Below are positions 18,601 to 27,239 of a stretch of 64,000 bases of DNA, piece after piece. Source of the DNA: an uncultured Oscillibacter sp. Lineage in GTDB: Bacteria > Bacillota > Clostridia > Oscillospirales > Oscillospiraceae. The notes under the pieces are model-generated. The model had not been told where the DNA came from. It saw only the letters and a program-made list of their open reading frames with translations, and ran no database searches. The stretch spans positions 4,800 to 68,799 of the forward strand of contig NZ_CAJTUX010000005.1 of the NCBI RefSeq assembly GCF_910579365.1. Direction: 5' to 3'. The position numbers and the translations under genes were made by a program. How positions within the stretch are numbered: the first letter of the stretch is position 1; the number at the start of each line of letters is the position of its first letter.

Positions 18601-20501
18601 CCGTGAGCGATGGCAACAGCCTGTTGGGTCCTACCGTGACCATCAGCCCGGACGGCGTTCTCTCCTACACCCTGACCGGAACGGGAAATGAAGGCCAGAC
18701 CGCCACTGTGACGGTTCCTGTCCAGTCTATGAACCATCAGGACTTCAACCTGGTTTTCACCATCACGGTGAAAAACCTCCCCGCAGGCGCTGCCCTCGCC
18801 CCCATCGCTGTAACCCTTACCCAGGGCGCCGGCACTACCTACACGGTGACCATCACTCCGCAGGACGGCGCGGAATACAGCTTTGATAACGTATACTGGG
18901 GCCCCAACAACACGCTCACCGGCCTGGAGGGCGGCGATTCCTATATCGCCTACATCCGCCGCGCCGCTGTGGAGGATGTCTCTCTGGAAGGCCCGGAGCA
19001 GAGCACGTCCATGACGATTGTTCCCCCCGCCTTCAATCCCAACGGCGGCACCTTCCGGGGCAGCCAGCAGGTGACGCTCCACGCCAAGGACGGCGCGAAA
19101 ATCGTCTACACCACCGACGGCACCGAACCCACCTATAATATCCCCGAGGGCGCGGAAGAGCCCGTGATCTCCGGCATTCTCTATGACGGCAATGCCTTCT
19201 CCATCACCAACACCACTACCGTCAAGGCCATTGTGGTAAACCTGAACGAGGATGGCGGCGTCGCTTCCAAGAGCGAAGTCCACTCCGTCACCTTCACCCG
19301 GCGCTCCACCGGCGGCGGCGGTGGCGGCGGCGGCTCCACCGTCATCAACGGCGGCACCGCCTCCACTTCCAAGCCCAGCACCTCCTCTACCTCCACCACA
19401 CCCAGCGTCTCCAGCGGCCGGGACACCACCACTGCCATGCCCAACGCCACCGTGAAGGACGGCGCCGCCTCCGCCAACATCAGCGGAAGCCTGGGTCAGG
19501 ACCTGGTGAACCAGGCTGTGGAGAACAACAGCAGCACCGTGGTCATCGCCCCCTCCATCAACGGCGAGGCCGATCAGACCAGCGTCACCATTGGCTCCAG
19601 CGTGGTCGGAGACATCTCCAAGCGCACGGACGCGGACCTTCAGGTCGTGACTCCCGCCGCTAATGTGACCATCTCCAATCAGGGTCTTTCCAGTCTGGCG
19701 TCCAAGGGCGGTTCCCTGGTGGTCAACACCGCCGCCAAGGGCGGCGCCATTGACGTCACCATCACCGCCGGCGGCTCCGTGGTGGACCGCGTGAGCGGCG
19801 GCGTGACCGTGGAGATTCCCGCCAACTGCACCGCCGGCACTGTGGCCATGCTCACCAAGGCCGACGGCACCACCGAGCTGCTCCGCAAGTCTGTGGCCGA
19901 TGCCGCCAGCGGCACCGTCACCGTTCCTCTGGACGGTTCCGCCTCCATTACTCTGGTGGACAACAGCAAGTCCTTCGGCGACGTTCCCGCCGGGAACACC
20001 TTCGCCAACGCCGTGGCCTTCGTCTCCAGCCGGGAGATCATGAACGGCACCAGCAGCGGCGTTTTCAATCCCAGCGCGCCCATGACCCGCGCCCAGCTGG
20101 CGAAGGTCCTCCACAATCTGGAAAGCAATCCCGCCGCCGAGGCCGGCAGCTTCTCCGACGTGACCGGCGACGCCTGGTGCGCCGAGGCTGTCCAGTGGGC
20201 CTCCTCCAAGGGCATTGTCACCGGCTATGCCGACGGCAGCTTCAAGCCCAACAACTACATCACCCGCGAGCAGCTGGCCGTCATGCTCTACCGCTACGCC
20301 GGCAGCCCCGCGGTCAGCTCCACCGATCTCCGCTTCAACGACGCTTCCCTGGTGGGCGGCTACGCGCAGGCTGCCATGGCCTGGGCCACCCAGAACGGCG
20401 TCATCAACGGCAAGGGCGGCAACATGCTGGACCCCAAGGGCCAGGCCACCCGCGCCCAGGTTGCCCAGATGCTGCTGAACTACATGAGCAACATCGGCTG
20501 A
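15627..20501 (+). CDS. Secreted SLH-anchored multidomain protein: transglutaminase-like domain, FN3/Ig-like repeats, three C-terminal SLH domains
   Basis: Signal peptide; VCEGYAKAF / GPHMWN / LVDVT triad; YTSSDETVATVD Ig-like repeats; IVYTTDGTEP; TRAQ/TREQ/TRAQ SLH motifs; AAGGAG RBS. Confidence 0.9.
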   Translation: MSKRLLSALVAFCMALTLMPSWALADEPADDGPSEDPAAVETPAEPEENEEEDGASAPETPVVPEKEKETIEIELTADVDLPDGGESLESYLSTIFPGLFGDADDGVDTLANLAGEAGSPLNANEKKFYDLVRADIEAVADGTKTSTVFTYDHDDGIDTWGNMLIDGTGSWQKIVNCLNVDCAASLYWADRGATADTPSELHRESFRLNISGTADSQGGPMTAVTSVTLTILVDFKYSSDGKIGTTTVAKNAMNVAAAAITNAQEIVDANSGKSDYEKLYTYMTEICRLVEYNHDALTGTIETHSEGPWQLIWVFDEDETTNVVCEGYAKAFQLLCDLTEWEDDTIKSHIVSGPMGGGTGEGPHMWNIVTVGDQNYLVDVTNCDSNSIGSPDKLFMAGIPYSQEEGRYRLDFDEDNFITYNYDPKTTGLYQNTGILNLSASDYVPPHSLKGTISITGAPKYNEILTAAYTKGEGENDSSATWKWLQDGTEISGASGTTYRLTVNDIGKHISAKVTIEEASKISNAVGPVEKADGPAAPTNATATSTYNSITVTATPSADYEYAIQSSADIRWQNSNTFTGLNEGTTYTILIRVKETNTTKPGTIGSMTATTKGALSANSFQVDTPTVVYDGAAKSTTVTAPDGVIPTVTYRQNGQIVASPTNAGVYDVYVTATATAESGFSDLTTPVKVGAFEITKAPVTITVPSTVSTNINGTVQLNAATDPVGLTLSYTSANLSVATVNQTGLVTGKAVGTAVITVSYAGDNNHQAAESKQVTVNVTDLPVWGIAFTSPTETVEFGGTVTNAATVTKPAGVASEPAAPTYTSSDETVATVDASGTVTARKAGTVTITASVAGVAGEVAENSASYTLTVTPKRITPTVELTGGPWTYTGSEIKPGVVVKNDGSVLAEAEYDIGYDNNINAGTNTAHVTVSPAQGGNYVWDPVITQFSIEKAVVATPPTVQKTHGTVTEGPQTYSIAALLSGYTNVTYGALTVSDGNSLLGPTVTISPDGVLSYTLTGTGNEGQTATVTVPVQSMNHQDFNLVFTITVKNLPAGAALAPIAVTLTQGAGTTYTVTITPQDGAEYSFDNVYWGPNNTLTGLEGGDSYIAYIRRAAVEDVSLEGPEQSTSMTIVPPAFNPNGGTFRGSQQVTLHAKDGAKIVYTTDGTEPTYNIPEGAEEPVISGILYDGNAFSITNTTTVKAIVVNLNEDGGVASKSEVHSVTFTRRSTGGGGGGGGSTVINGGTASTSKPSTSSTSTTPSVSSGRDTTTAMPNATVKDGAASANISGSLGQDLVNQAVENNSSTVVIAPSINGEADQTSVTIGSSVVGDISKRTDADLQVVTPAANVTISNQGLSSLASKGGSLVVNTAAKGGAIDVTITAGGSVVDRVSGGVTVEIPANCTAGTVAMLTKADGTTELLRKSVADAASGTVTVPLDGSASITLVDNSKSFGDVPAGNTFANAVAFVSSREIMNGTSSGVFNPSAPMTRAQLAKVLHNLESNPAAEAGSFSDVTGDAWCAEAVQWASSKGIVTGYADGSFKPNNYITREQLAVMLYRYAGSPAVSSTDLRFNDASLVGGYAQAAMAWATQNGVINGKGGNMLDPKGQATRAQVAQMLLNYMSNIG

Positions 20502-20515
20502 ACCAAATACCGCGC

Positions 20516-20557
20516 AAAAAGAGTCCCGGACATCCGTCCGGGACTCTTTCTCTTTTT
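20516..20557. terminator. Bidirectional terminator
   Basis: AAAGAGTCCCGGA-6nt-TCCGGGACTCTTT between convergent genes. Confidence 0.8.
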
Positions 20558-20569
20558 GTTTCCATCCGC

Positions 20570-21673
20570 TCACTTCAGCAAAAGCAGCCGCTTTAAGAAC
20601 TCCACGCCACGAGGCAGCACCCTCTCGTCGTCAAAGCAGAACTCCGGCGCGTGAAGCTCCGGCGTGTCCCCTGTACCCAGGAAGAAGAACACGCCGGGAA
20701 CCCGCTTCTGGTAAAAGGAGAAATCCTCCGCCGCCAGAACCGGGGCTTCCAGCGTCCGGGGGACGTCCTCCCCCAAATCCGCGCAGAGGGTCTCATAGAG
20801 GCCCTCGTGGTTCCACACGGCAGGGTAGCCCTCACTGAGGCGCACGTCCACGCCGCAGCCGGTCTCCGCCTCGATTTCCCGACCCGTCTCCTCCAGTCCC
20901 CGGCGGCAGAGGGCCTGCGTCTCATTCCGGTAGGTCCGGAGGCTTCCCTCCAGCCGGGTCTCTCCGCTGACGGCGTTCCGCACCGTACCGGAGGTCATTT
21001 TGCCAAAGCGAAGCACCAGCGGCTCCCTCCGGGGCAGGGCCTCCGCCATAGCATAGGCCCTGCGGAGATACTCCGCCCCCGCTGTCAGGGCGTCCCGTCC
21101 CTCCGCCGCCCGGCTGAGATGGACGCTTTTGCCGGTTACGGTGACGGTCACCTCGTTGGACCGGGCCATCAGCGGACCCGGCCGGGAGAAAACCTCCCCC
21201 GCCGGAAGCTTGGGCCAGAGGTGCAGGCCAAAAATCCGGGCGGCACAGTAGCGCTCCAGCAGCCCGGTTTCACAGAGCCGCCGGGCGCCGCCGGTGGTCT
21301 CCTCGGCGGGCTGAAAGAGGAAGAGCACGTTCCGGGGCAGCTCCGAACCATGCCCGGCGGCGTACTCCGCCAGGGCCAGCGCCATGGCCGTATGCCCATC
21401 GTGGCCACAGGCGTGCATCACGCCGGGGTGAACGGAGGCATAGGGCAGACCGGCGGCCTCCGTCACCGGCAGGGCGTCCAGGTCCGCCCGGAAGGCCACG
21501 GTCTCCTCCCTCCCGGCGTCCAGATACGCGCAGACAGCGGAGGAGATGGGGGAGAACGGCGTCAATCCAAAACGCTCCAGAGCGGAGCGGACATAGGCGC
21601 AGGTCTCCGGCAGACGGTCGTCCAACTCCGGAATCCGGTGCAGGGCGCGGCGGTATTCCACAACGGGCAGCAT
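20570..21673 (-). CDS. M20 amidohydrolase, probable N-acetyl-diaminopimelate deacetylase
   Basis: RRALHRIPE, RADLDAL, MHACGHDGH, FQPAEE, AEDF; divergent from dapA-dapB-dapH; start by AAGGAG RBS. Confidence 0.82.
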   Translation of the reverse strand: MLPVVEYRRALHRIPELDDRLPETCAYVRSALERFGLTPFSPISSAVCAYLDAGREETVAFRADLDALPVTEAAGLPYASVHPGVMHACGHDGHTAMALALAEYAAGHGSELPRNVLFLFQPAEETTGGARRLCETGLLERYCAARIFGLHLWPKLPAGEVFSRPGPLMARSNEVTVTVTGKSVHLSRAAEGRDALTAGAEYLRRAYAMAEALPRREPLVLRFGKMTSGTVRNAVSGETRLEGSLRTYRNETQALCRRGLEETGREIEAETGCGVDVRLSEGYPAVWNHEGLYETLCADLGEDVPRTLEAPVLAAEDFSFYQKRVPGVFFFLGTGDTPELHAPEFCFDDERVLPRGVEFLKRLLLLK

Positions 21674-21790
21674 GGGCAGAGCCCTCCTTTGGCGTTTGAT
21701 GATTTCACAATATAGCACACCTTCCCCCCGCGCGGCAAGAGGCCGCAGAGATTTCGGCGGTTTTGACAAAAGCTTTTTTGAAAATCCCTC

Positions 21791-21819
21791 TTGCAACTGC
21801 GTTGGGAAGATGATATGAT
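21791..21819 (+). promoter_or_regulatory. sigma-A promoter of dap operon
   Basis: TTGCAA-17bp-TATGAT, TG extension. Confidence 0.7.
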
Positions 21820-21829
21820 AACAAAAAAT

Positions 21830-21990
21830 GAGATAGAGGCGCGGAGACGAAGAGGTCGCGGGAGCCGGCAGGCCAGGAACGCGACGGAGGCAGCTCCGCC
21901 GAATCTTCCGCCCAGGCATGGGCGGGGGATGGGTCCGGAGGGAATACTTCCGGGACTGTCCGCGGCTTCGGCTGCGGGGGCGCTATCCGC
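21830..21990 (+). ncRNA. Lysine riboswitch (L-box)
   Basis: GATAGAGGCGC...GCCGAA...TGGG...GAATA...GGACTGTC...GCGCTATC with P1 pairing GATAG/CTATC; upstream of dapA. Confidence 0.9.
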
Positions 21991-22027
21991 TTACAGAGAT
22001 GTCACGCCGCCTGCGGCGTGCAGCTTG

Positions 22028-22059
22028 TCGGTAGGAGCGCGCCTCTACCGGCTTTTTTT
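22028..22059 (+). terminator. Riboswitch expression-platform terminator
   Basis: GTCGGTAGGAG...CTCTACCGGC followed by T7. Confidence 0.75.
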
Positions 22060-22112
22060 ATACAAAAGCAGGGCCCCGACCCACGATCTTACAAAACTTG
22101 GAGGGCATTCAA

Positions 22113-23000
22113 ATGAAATTCAACAATCCCACCGGCTCCATTGTCGCCATGATCACTCCCTTCCACGAGGACGGCAGCGTCAACTTCGACGTACTCACCC
22201 ATCTGCTGGAACGGCAGATCGCCGCCGGAACCGACGCCATCCTCACCCTGGGCACCACCGGCGAATATCCCACCATGAGCCACGAGGAGGACGCCTCCGT
22301 CGTCGCCCACACCATCAAGGTGGTGAACGGCCGCGTGCCCGTCATCGTGGGCAGTGGCTCCAACTGTACCGCCACCCAGGTGGAAAAGAGCATCGAGTAC
22401 CAGAACATGGGGGCCGACGCCCTGCTGCTGATCGCCCCCTACTACAACAAGGCCAATCCCGAGGGCATGTACCGCCACTTCGCCGAGACGGCGGACCGGG
22501 TAAACATCCCCTGCCTCCTCTACAATGTCCCGGGCCGCACCGGCTGCTCCATCCCCGTCTCCGTGGTGGAGAAGCTGAGCCGGCACCCCAATATCTGCGG
22601 CATCAAAGAAGCCAGCGGCGACATGAGTTACGCCATGAAGATCGCCCATTGCGTGGGCCCGGACTTCGCCCTCTACTCCGGAAACGATGACATCACCCTT
22701 CCCCTGATGAGCATCGGCGGCAGCGGCGTCATTTCCGTCTTCGCCAACGTCTGTCCGGATGTCTGCCGCCAGATCGTGGCGGACTACGCCGGCGGCCATC
22801 AGGACAGGGCGCTGGAGACTCATCTGAAGTACCTGGAGCTGATGAACGATCTTTTCATTGAGGTAAATCCCATCCCCGTCAAGTCCGCCATGAACATGAT
22901 GGGCCTGAACGTAGGTCCCATGCGCCTGCCCCTGTGCGAAATGAGCGAAGCGCATCAGGCCGTTCTCCGAGCCGCGCTGAAGGAGGCGGGACTGCTGTGA
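22113..23000 (+). CDS. dapA: 4-hydroxy-tetrahydrodipicolinate synthase
   Basis: GTTGE, PYYNK, LYNVPGRTG, GIKEASG, NPIPVK. Confidence 0.96.
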   Translation: MKFNNPTGSIVAMITPFHEDGSVNFDVLTHLLERQIAAGTDAILTLGTTGEYPTMSHEEDASVVAHTIKVVNGRVPVIVGSGSNCTATQVEKSIEYQNMGADALLLIAPYYNKANPEGMYRHFAETADRVNIPCLLYNVPGRTGCSIPVSVVEKLSRHPNICGIKEASGDMSYAMKIAHCVGPDFALYSGNDDITLPLMSIGGSGVISVFANVCPDVCRQIVADYAGGHQDRALETHLKYLELMNDLFIEVNPIPVKSAMNMMGLNVGPMRLPLCEMSEAHQAVLRAALKEAGLL

Positions 23001-23716
23001 GGTATCTGCTGATTGGCCGGGGAAAAATGGGCCGCCTCCTTCAGGAGACCGCCCAGGCCGCCGGAGACGAGATCGAAGCCGCCTTCGGCCGGGACGACCT
23101 GGAGCAGCTGGGAAAGCTGGGCCGGGTGGCGGACGTGGTGATCGACTTCTCCCGGCCGGAGACGCTGCCGGAAATCGCCTCCTATGTCCGCCGCACCGGC
23201 ACCCCCCTTCTCTCCGGCACCACCGGCTTCACCCCCGACCAGCTCCGGCAGCTGGAGAGCCTGGGCTCCTCCGCCCCAGTGCTGTGGGCGGCCAACTTCT
23301 CCCTGGGCATGGCGGTGCTGTACCGGGCCCTGCGGGAGGTCTCCGGCGTGCTGAAGCCGGACTTCGACGTGGAGCTGACCGAAACGCACCACAACCAGAA
23401 GGAGGACGCCCCCAGCGGTTCCGCCAAGCTGCTGCTGGAGGCCGTCGATCCCCGGCATGAGGCGCGCCTGGTCTATGGCCGGGAGGGCAGCACGGGAAAA
23501 CGGCGGAAGAATGAAATCGGCGTCCACGCCCTTCGGGGCGGCACCGTGGCGGGCACCCATACCGTCCACTTCTTCGGCCCCGACGAGGAGCTGGAGTTCA
23601 CCCACCGGGCCGCCAGCCGGCAGATTTTTGTCAACGGCGCGCTGCACATGGCCCGCCTGCTGCCGGGGAAGCCCAACGGAGTTTACGACCTGCAAAAAAT
23701 CTTATTTGGAGAGTGA
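22997..23716 (+). CDS. dapB: 4-hydroxy-tetrahydrodipicolinate reductase
   Basis: GRGKMG, IDFS, GTTG, ETHHNQKEDAPSGSA; GTG start after AGGAGG. Confidence 0.95.
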   Translation: MRYLLIGRGKMGRLLQETAQAAGDEIEAAFGRDDLEQLGKLGRVADVVIDFSRPETLPEIASYVRRTGTPLLSGTTGFTPDQLRQLESLGSSAPVLWAANFSLGMAVLYRALREVSGVLKPDFDVELTETHHNQKEDAPSGSAKLLLEAVDPRHEARLVYGREGSTGKRRKNEIGVHALRGGTVAGTHTVHFFGPDEELEFTHRAASRQIFVNGALHMARLLPGKPNGVYDLQKILFGE

Positions 23717-23722
23717 CGGCCC

Positions 23723-24418
23723 ATGAACGCACAGGAGATCATCGACTATATCGCAAACTCAGAGAAGAAGACCCCGGTAAAGCTCTATGTCAACACCACC
23801 GGCCCCGTGGACTTCGGCTCCGCCAAAGTCTTCGGCGGCGGAAACAGCTTCACCGTCTTCGGCGACTGGGCTCAGCTGGCCCCCATTCTGGAGGCCAACC
23901 GGGACAGCATCCGCGATTATGTGGTGGAGAACGACCGCCGGAACTCCGGCGTACCCCTGCTGGACCTGAAAGGCGTCACGGCCCGGATTGAGCCCGGCGC
24001 CATCATTCGGGAGAAGGTGGAAATCGGCGAGGGGGCCGTTATCATGATGGGGGCCGTTATCAACATCGGCGCCGTGGTGGGCCCGGGTACCATGATTGAC
24101 ATGGGGGCCGTGCTGGGCGGCCGGGCCACCGTGGGCAGCCGCTGTCACATCGGCGCGGGAGCCGTGCTGGCCGGCGTGGTGGAGCCCGCCTCGGCCACCC
24201 CTGTCATCGTGGAGGACGGGGTGCTGGTGGGCGCCAACGCCGTGGTTATTGAGGGCGTTCATATCGGCAAAAACGCCGTGGTGGCCGCCGGGGCTGTGGT
24301 CATTGAGGATGTGCCGGAGAACGCCGTGGTGGCGGGAAGCCCCGCCCGGATCATCAAGATGAAGGACGAAAAGACCGAGGGGAAAACCGCCCTGGTGGAC
24401 GCCCTGCGGAAGCTGTGA
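23723..24418 (+). CDS. dapH: Tetrahydrodipicolinate N-acetyltransferase
   Basis: [29 protein letters not shown], hexapeptide repeats, GVVEPASA. Confidence 0.93.
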   Translation: MNAQEIIDYIANSEKKTPVKLYVNTTGPVDFGSAKVFGGGNSFTVFGDWAQLAPILEANRDSIRDYVVENDRRNSGVPLLDLKGVTARIEPGAIIREKVEIGEGAVIMMGAVINIGAVVGPGTMIDMGAVLGGRATVGSRCHIGAGAVLAGVVEPASATPVIVEDGVLVGANAVVIEGVHIGKNAVVAAGAVVIEDVPENAVVAGSPARIIKMKDEKTEGKTALVDALRKL

Positions 24419-24567
24419 CGCCTCTTTGAAAACCGGAGGGAGCCCTTCCCCGGGTTCTCTCCGTGCCTAGAGCCGTCATACCCAACGGCTGCGCCGAGCC
24501 GCGCCGCAGGCGCAGTCTCTCCGCAGCGCTCTGCCCTTCCGTCCATCGTCTCTGTGTTTTATAAATC

Positions 24568-24606
24568 GAAGACCGCCTGGGAGCAGCCATCCCAGGCGGT
24601 CTTTTC
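24568..24606. terminator. Terminator between dapH and lysA
   Basis: AAGACCGCCTGGGA-7nt-TCCCAGGCGGTCTT. Confidence 0.75.
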
Positions 24607-24671
24607 TGCGCCTCCGCTCCGGACCGGACGAAGGTTTTTATTGGCTTCCCCTTTTTTCCCGGAAAAGCCAA

Positions 24672-25931
24672 TCACCAAATCAACGTTGCAAAATAGTCCT
24701 CCAGCGTCTCCGCCCGGCGGATCAGCTCCACGCTGCCGTCCTCCCGGAGAAGCAGCTCCGCCGAGCGGAGCTTGCCGTTGTAATTGTAGCCCATGGAGAA
24801 CCCATGCGCCCCGGTGTCGTGGATGACCAGCAGGTCCCCCATGTCCACCTTGGGCAGCATCCGGTCCACGGCGAATTTGTCGTTGTTCTCGCAGAGGCTT
24901 CCCGCCACATCGTACTTGTGGTCGCAGGGGGCGTCCTCCTTGCCCATTACGGTGATGTGGTGATACGCACCGTACATGGCGGGACGCATCAGGTTGCACG
25001 CGCAGGCATCCACGCCGATATACTCCTTATAAATATGCTTTTCGTGGATAGCCCGGGTGACCAAATGTCCGTAAGGGGCCAGCATATAGCGCCCCAGCTC
25101 CGTGTAGAGCGCCACACCGCCCATTCCAGCCGGCGCCAGAATCTCCGCAAAGGCTTTCCGCACGCCCTCGCCGATGGCGGCGATGTCGTTCTCCGTCTCC
25201 TCCGGACGGTAGGGCACACCCACGCCGCCGGAGAGATTGATGAATGTAACCGGACAGCCGGTTTCCTCCTGAAGCTCCGCCGCCAGCCGGAAGAGAATGC
25301 GGGCCAGGGCGGGATAATACTCGTTGGACAGCGTGTTGGAGGCCAGGAAGGCGTGAAGGCCAAACTCCTTGACCCCCAGGTCCTTCAGCCGCCGGAAGGC
25401 CTCCGCCAGCTGGGGGCGGGTCATGCCGTACTTGGCGTCGCCGGGGGTGTCCATCACCTGAACGCCGTCCCGGCTCTCCCCCAGGGTGAAGACGCCGCCG
25501 GGGTTATAGCGGCAGCAGACCTTCTCCGGAACCGTTCCCTGGGCCTTTACCAAGGTGTCGATCAGGGTGAGGTCATCCAGATTGACGATGCCCCCCAGAC
25601 GGCAGGCAGCCTGGAACTCCTCCTCCGTAGTGTTGTTGGAGGAGAACATGATCCCCTCCTCCCCGGTAATTCCGCAGCGCTCCGCCAGAGCCAGCTCCGC
25701 CAGAGAGGAGCAGTCGCAGCCGCAGCCCTCCTCGTGGAGGAGCTTCAGGATGGCAGGGGTGGGGGTGGCCTTGACGGCAAAATACTCCCGGAAGCCGGGA
25801 TTCCAGGCAAACGCGGCCTTCAGCCGCCGCGCGTTCTCCCGGATGCCCCGCTCGTCGTAAATATGGAAAGGCGTGGGATACCGGGCGGCAATGCTCTCCA
25901 GCCGGTCTTTGGTGACAAAAGGTGTTTTCAT
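24672..25931 (-). CDS. lysA: Diaminopimelate decarboxylase
   Basis: TPFHIYD, YFAVKA (PLP Lys), ELGRY, GSLCENND, GAHGFSMGYNYN. Confidence 0.93.
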   Translation of the reverse strand: MKTPFVTKDRLESIAARYPTPFHIYDERGIRENARRLKAAFAWNPGFREYFAVKATPTPAILKLLHEEGCGCDCSSLAELALAERCGITGEEGIMFSSNNTTEEEFQAACRLGGIVNLDDLTLIDTLVKAQGTVPEKVCCRYNPGGVFTLGESRDGVQVMDTPGDAKYGMTRPQLAEAFRRLKDLGVKEFGLHAFLASNTLSNEYYPALARILFRLAAELQEETGCPVTFINLSGGVGVPYRPEETENDIAAIGEGVRKAFAEILAPAGMGGVALYTELGRYMLAPYGHLVTRAIHEKHIYKEYIGVDACACNLMRPAMYGAYHHITVMGKEDAPCDHKYDVAGSLCENNDKFAVDRMLPKVDMGDLLVIHDTGAHGFSMGYNYNGKLRSAELLLREDGSVELIRRAETLEDYFATLIW

Positions 25932-25976
25932 AAAACGGCCTCAACTCTTTCGTATAATGGGGCGGGGCGTTCCCGC

Positions 25977-26441
25977 TCAAAGCGCCTGCCGGGTGCAGCT
26001 CAGACCGCTCAGGCGGGCGATGATCTTTTCCCGGTATTCCTCGTGGTGGGGCATACCTCCCCCCAGTCCGCCCCGCTTCGGCAGCAGGAGCTTGAGAAAC
26101 GCGCCGTTTTTCAGGGTGATGGAACAGCTGACGGCGCCCAGCATGGCTTTTTTGATCTCGCAGTCCTGAATCTCCGACAGGGGAAAACAGGTTCCCAGAT
26201 CCTCGGCCACGGTCTTCCGCAGGTCCGGAATGTGATAAAATTGGTTCAAATACTTCCGCTCCTCACATTCGGCAACCAGGAAATACTGAGAGGTAACGCC
26301 AATATACACATCAAATTTGGACGTCTTTTTCTGGTTAATCTGAAGCGTTACGCCGTGAATTCCCGCGGAAATCGTCTCCCCCTCCGGGGTGCAGCCCTCC
26401 AGAACTTGCAGCATGTTGCCCTCGTCAAAAATACCGGCCAT
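25977..26441 (-). CDS. Hypothetical protein (154 aa)
   Basis: GAGGAG RBS; upstream TTGAAT-17-TAGAAT promoter at 26509-26481. Confidence 0.75.
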   Translation of the reverse strand: MAGIFDEGNMLQVLEGCTPEGETISAGIHGVTLQINQKKTSKFDVYIGVTSQYFLVAECEERKYLNQFYHIPDLRKTVAEDLGTCFPLSEIQDCEIKKAMLGAVSCSITLKNGAFLKLLLPKRGGLGGGMPHHEEYREKIIARLSGLSCTRQAL

Positions 26442-26621
26442 CGTCTCCGTCTCCTCGCTTACTTCGGATAAACAGTTTTTATTCTATCACAGATACAGCC
26501 TTGATTCAAGGCTTTTCTCTCGATATCCTTTTCAAAAAATAGCCCTTGTATTCCGCTGTCTCCGGCGGTACAATGGTGGAGAAACAATCCGCTTTTCGGA
26601 GCGGAAAACGGAGGTTTGACT

Positions 26622-27239
26622 ATGGGAAAGATCGTTGTAAACGCCGTGGGCGAGCAGTGCCCCATCCCGGTGGTAAAGGCCACCCGCGCCCTGCGGGAAA
26701 TGACCGGACCGGGAACCTTGGAAGTCCATGTGGACAATGAGATCGCCGTCCAGAATCTGACCCGGATGGCCGCCGGACACAAGCTGGCCGCCCGTTCCGA
26801 AAAACGGAGCGGCCAGGAGTTTGTGGTCACTATGGAGGTGACGAATCCCGTCGGGGAGGCCCCTATGGAAGAGCCGCCGCTCTCCTGCGCCCCGGACGTC
26901 AGGGGAAATCTGGTGGTGGCGGTGGACAGCGCCGTCATGGGCCGGGGCAGCGAGGAGCTGGGCGGCGTGCTGATGAAGGGCTTTCTCTTCGCCGTGAGTC
27001 AGCTGCCGGAGCTGCCGAAAACCATGCTCTTTTACAACGGCGGGGCCCGCCTCACCTGCAAGGACTCCGCCTCCCTGGAAGACCTGAAAAACCTGGAGGC
27101 CCAGGGGGTGGAAATTCTAACCTGCGGCACCTGCCTGAACCACTATGGACTGACGGAGGAACTGGCCGTGGGCGGCGTGACGAACATGTACTCCATCGTG
27201 GAGAAGCTGGCGGGAGCGGGCAAGGTGGTCAAGCCGTGA
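26622..27239 (+). CDS. yedF: Sulfurtransferase-like selenium metabolism protein (TusA/SirA + DsrE domains)
   Basis: GEQCPIPVVK TusA motif; MGRGSEELG, CGTCL, TNMYSIVE; promoter TTGTAT-17-TACAAT at 26546-26574. Confidence 0.88.
   Translation: MGKIVVNAVGEQCPIPVVKATRALREMTGPGTLEVHVDNEIAVQNLTRMAAGHKLAARSEKRSGQEFVVTMEVTNPVGEAPMEEPPLSCAPDVRGNLVVAVDSAVMGRGSEELGGVLMKGFLFAVSQLPELPKTMLFYNGGARLTCKDSASLEDLKNLEAQGVEILTCGTCLNHYGLTEELAVGGVTNMYSIVEKLAGAGKVVKP

Noticed and set aside
19311..19334. GGC tandem repeat as a phase-variation tract
   Set aside because: In-frame triplets encoding a poly-Gly linker, which is common before SLH regions.
16017..20573. 1518-aa minus-strand ORF and many other long antisense ORFs (e.g. 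4286-5782, 5554-7176, 24804-26471, 47398-49230)
   Set aside because: Shadow frames of real genes caused by GC-rich codon bias; no recognisable motifs or RBS.
20570..21919. Extended N-termini given by the ORF track (also fumC, glgX, NhaC, LysR, OFOR beta, hydrogenase, GDPD, GNAT)
   Set aside because: Extensions overlap promoters, the riboswitch or neighbouring genes; downstream RBS-supported starts were used.
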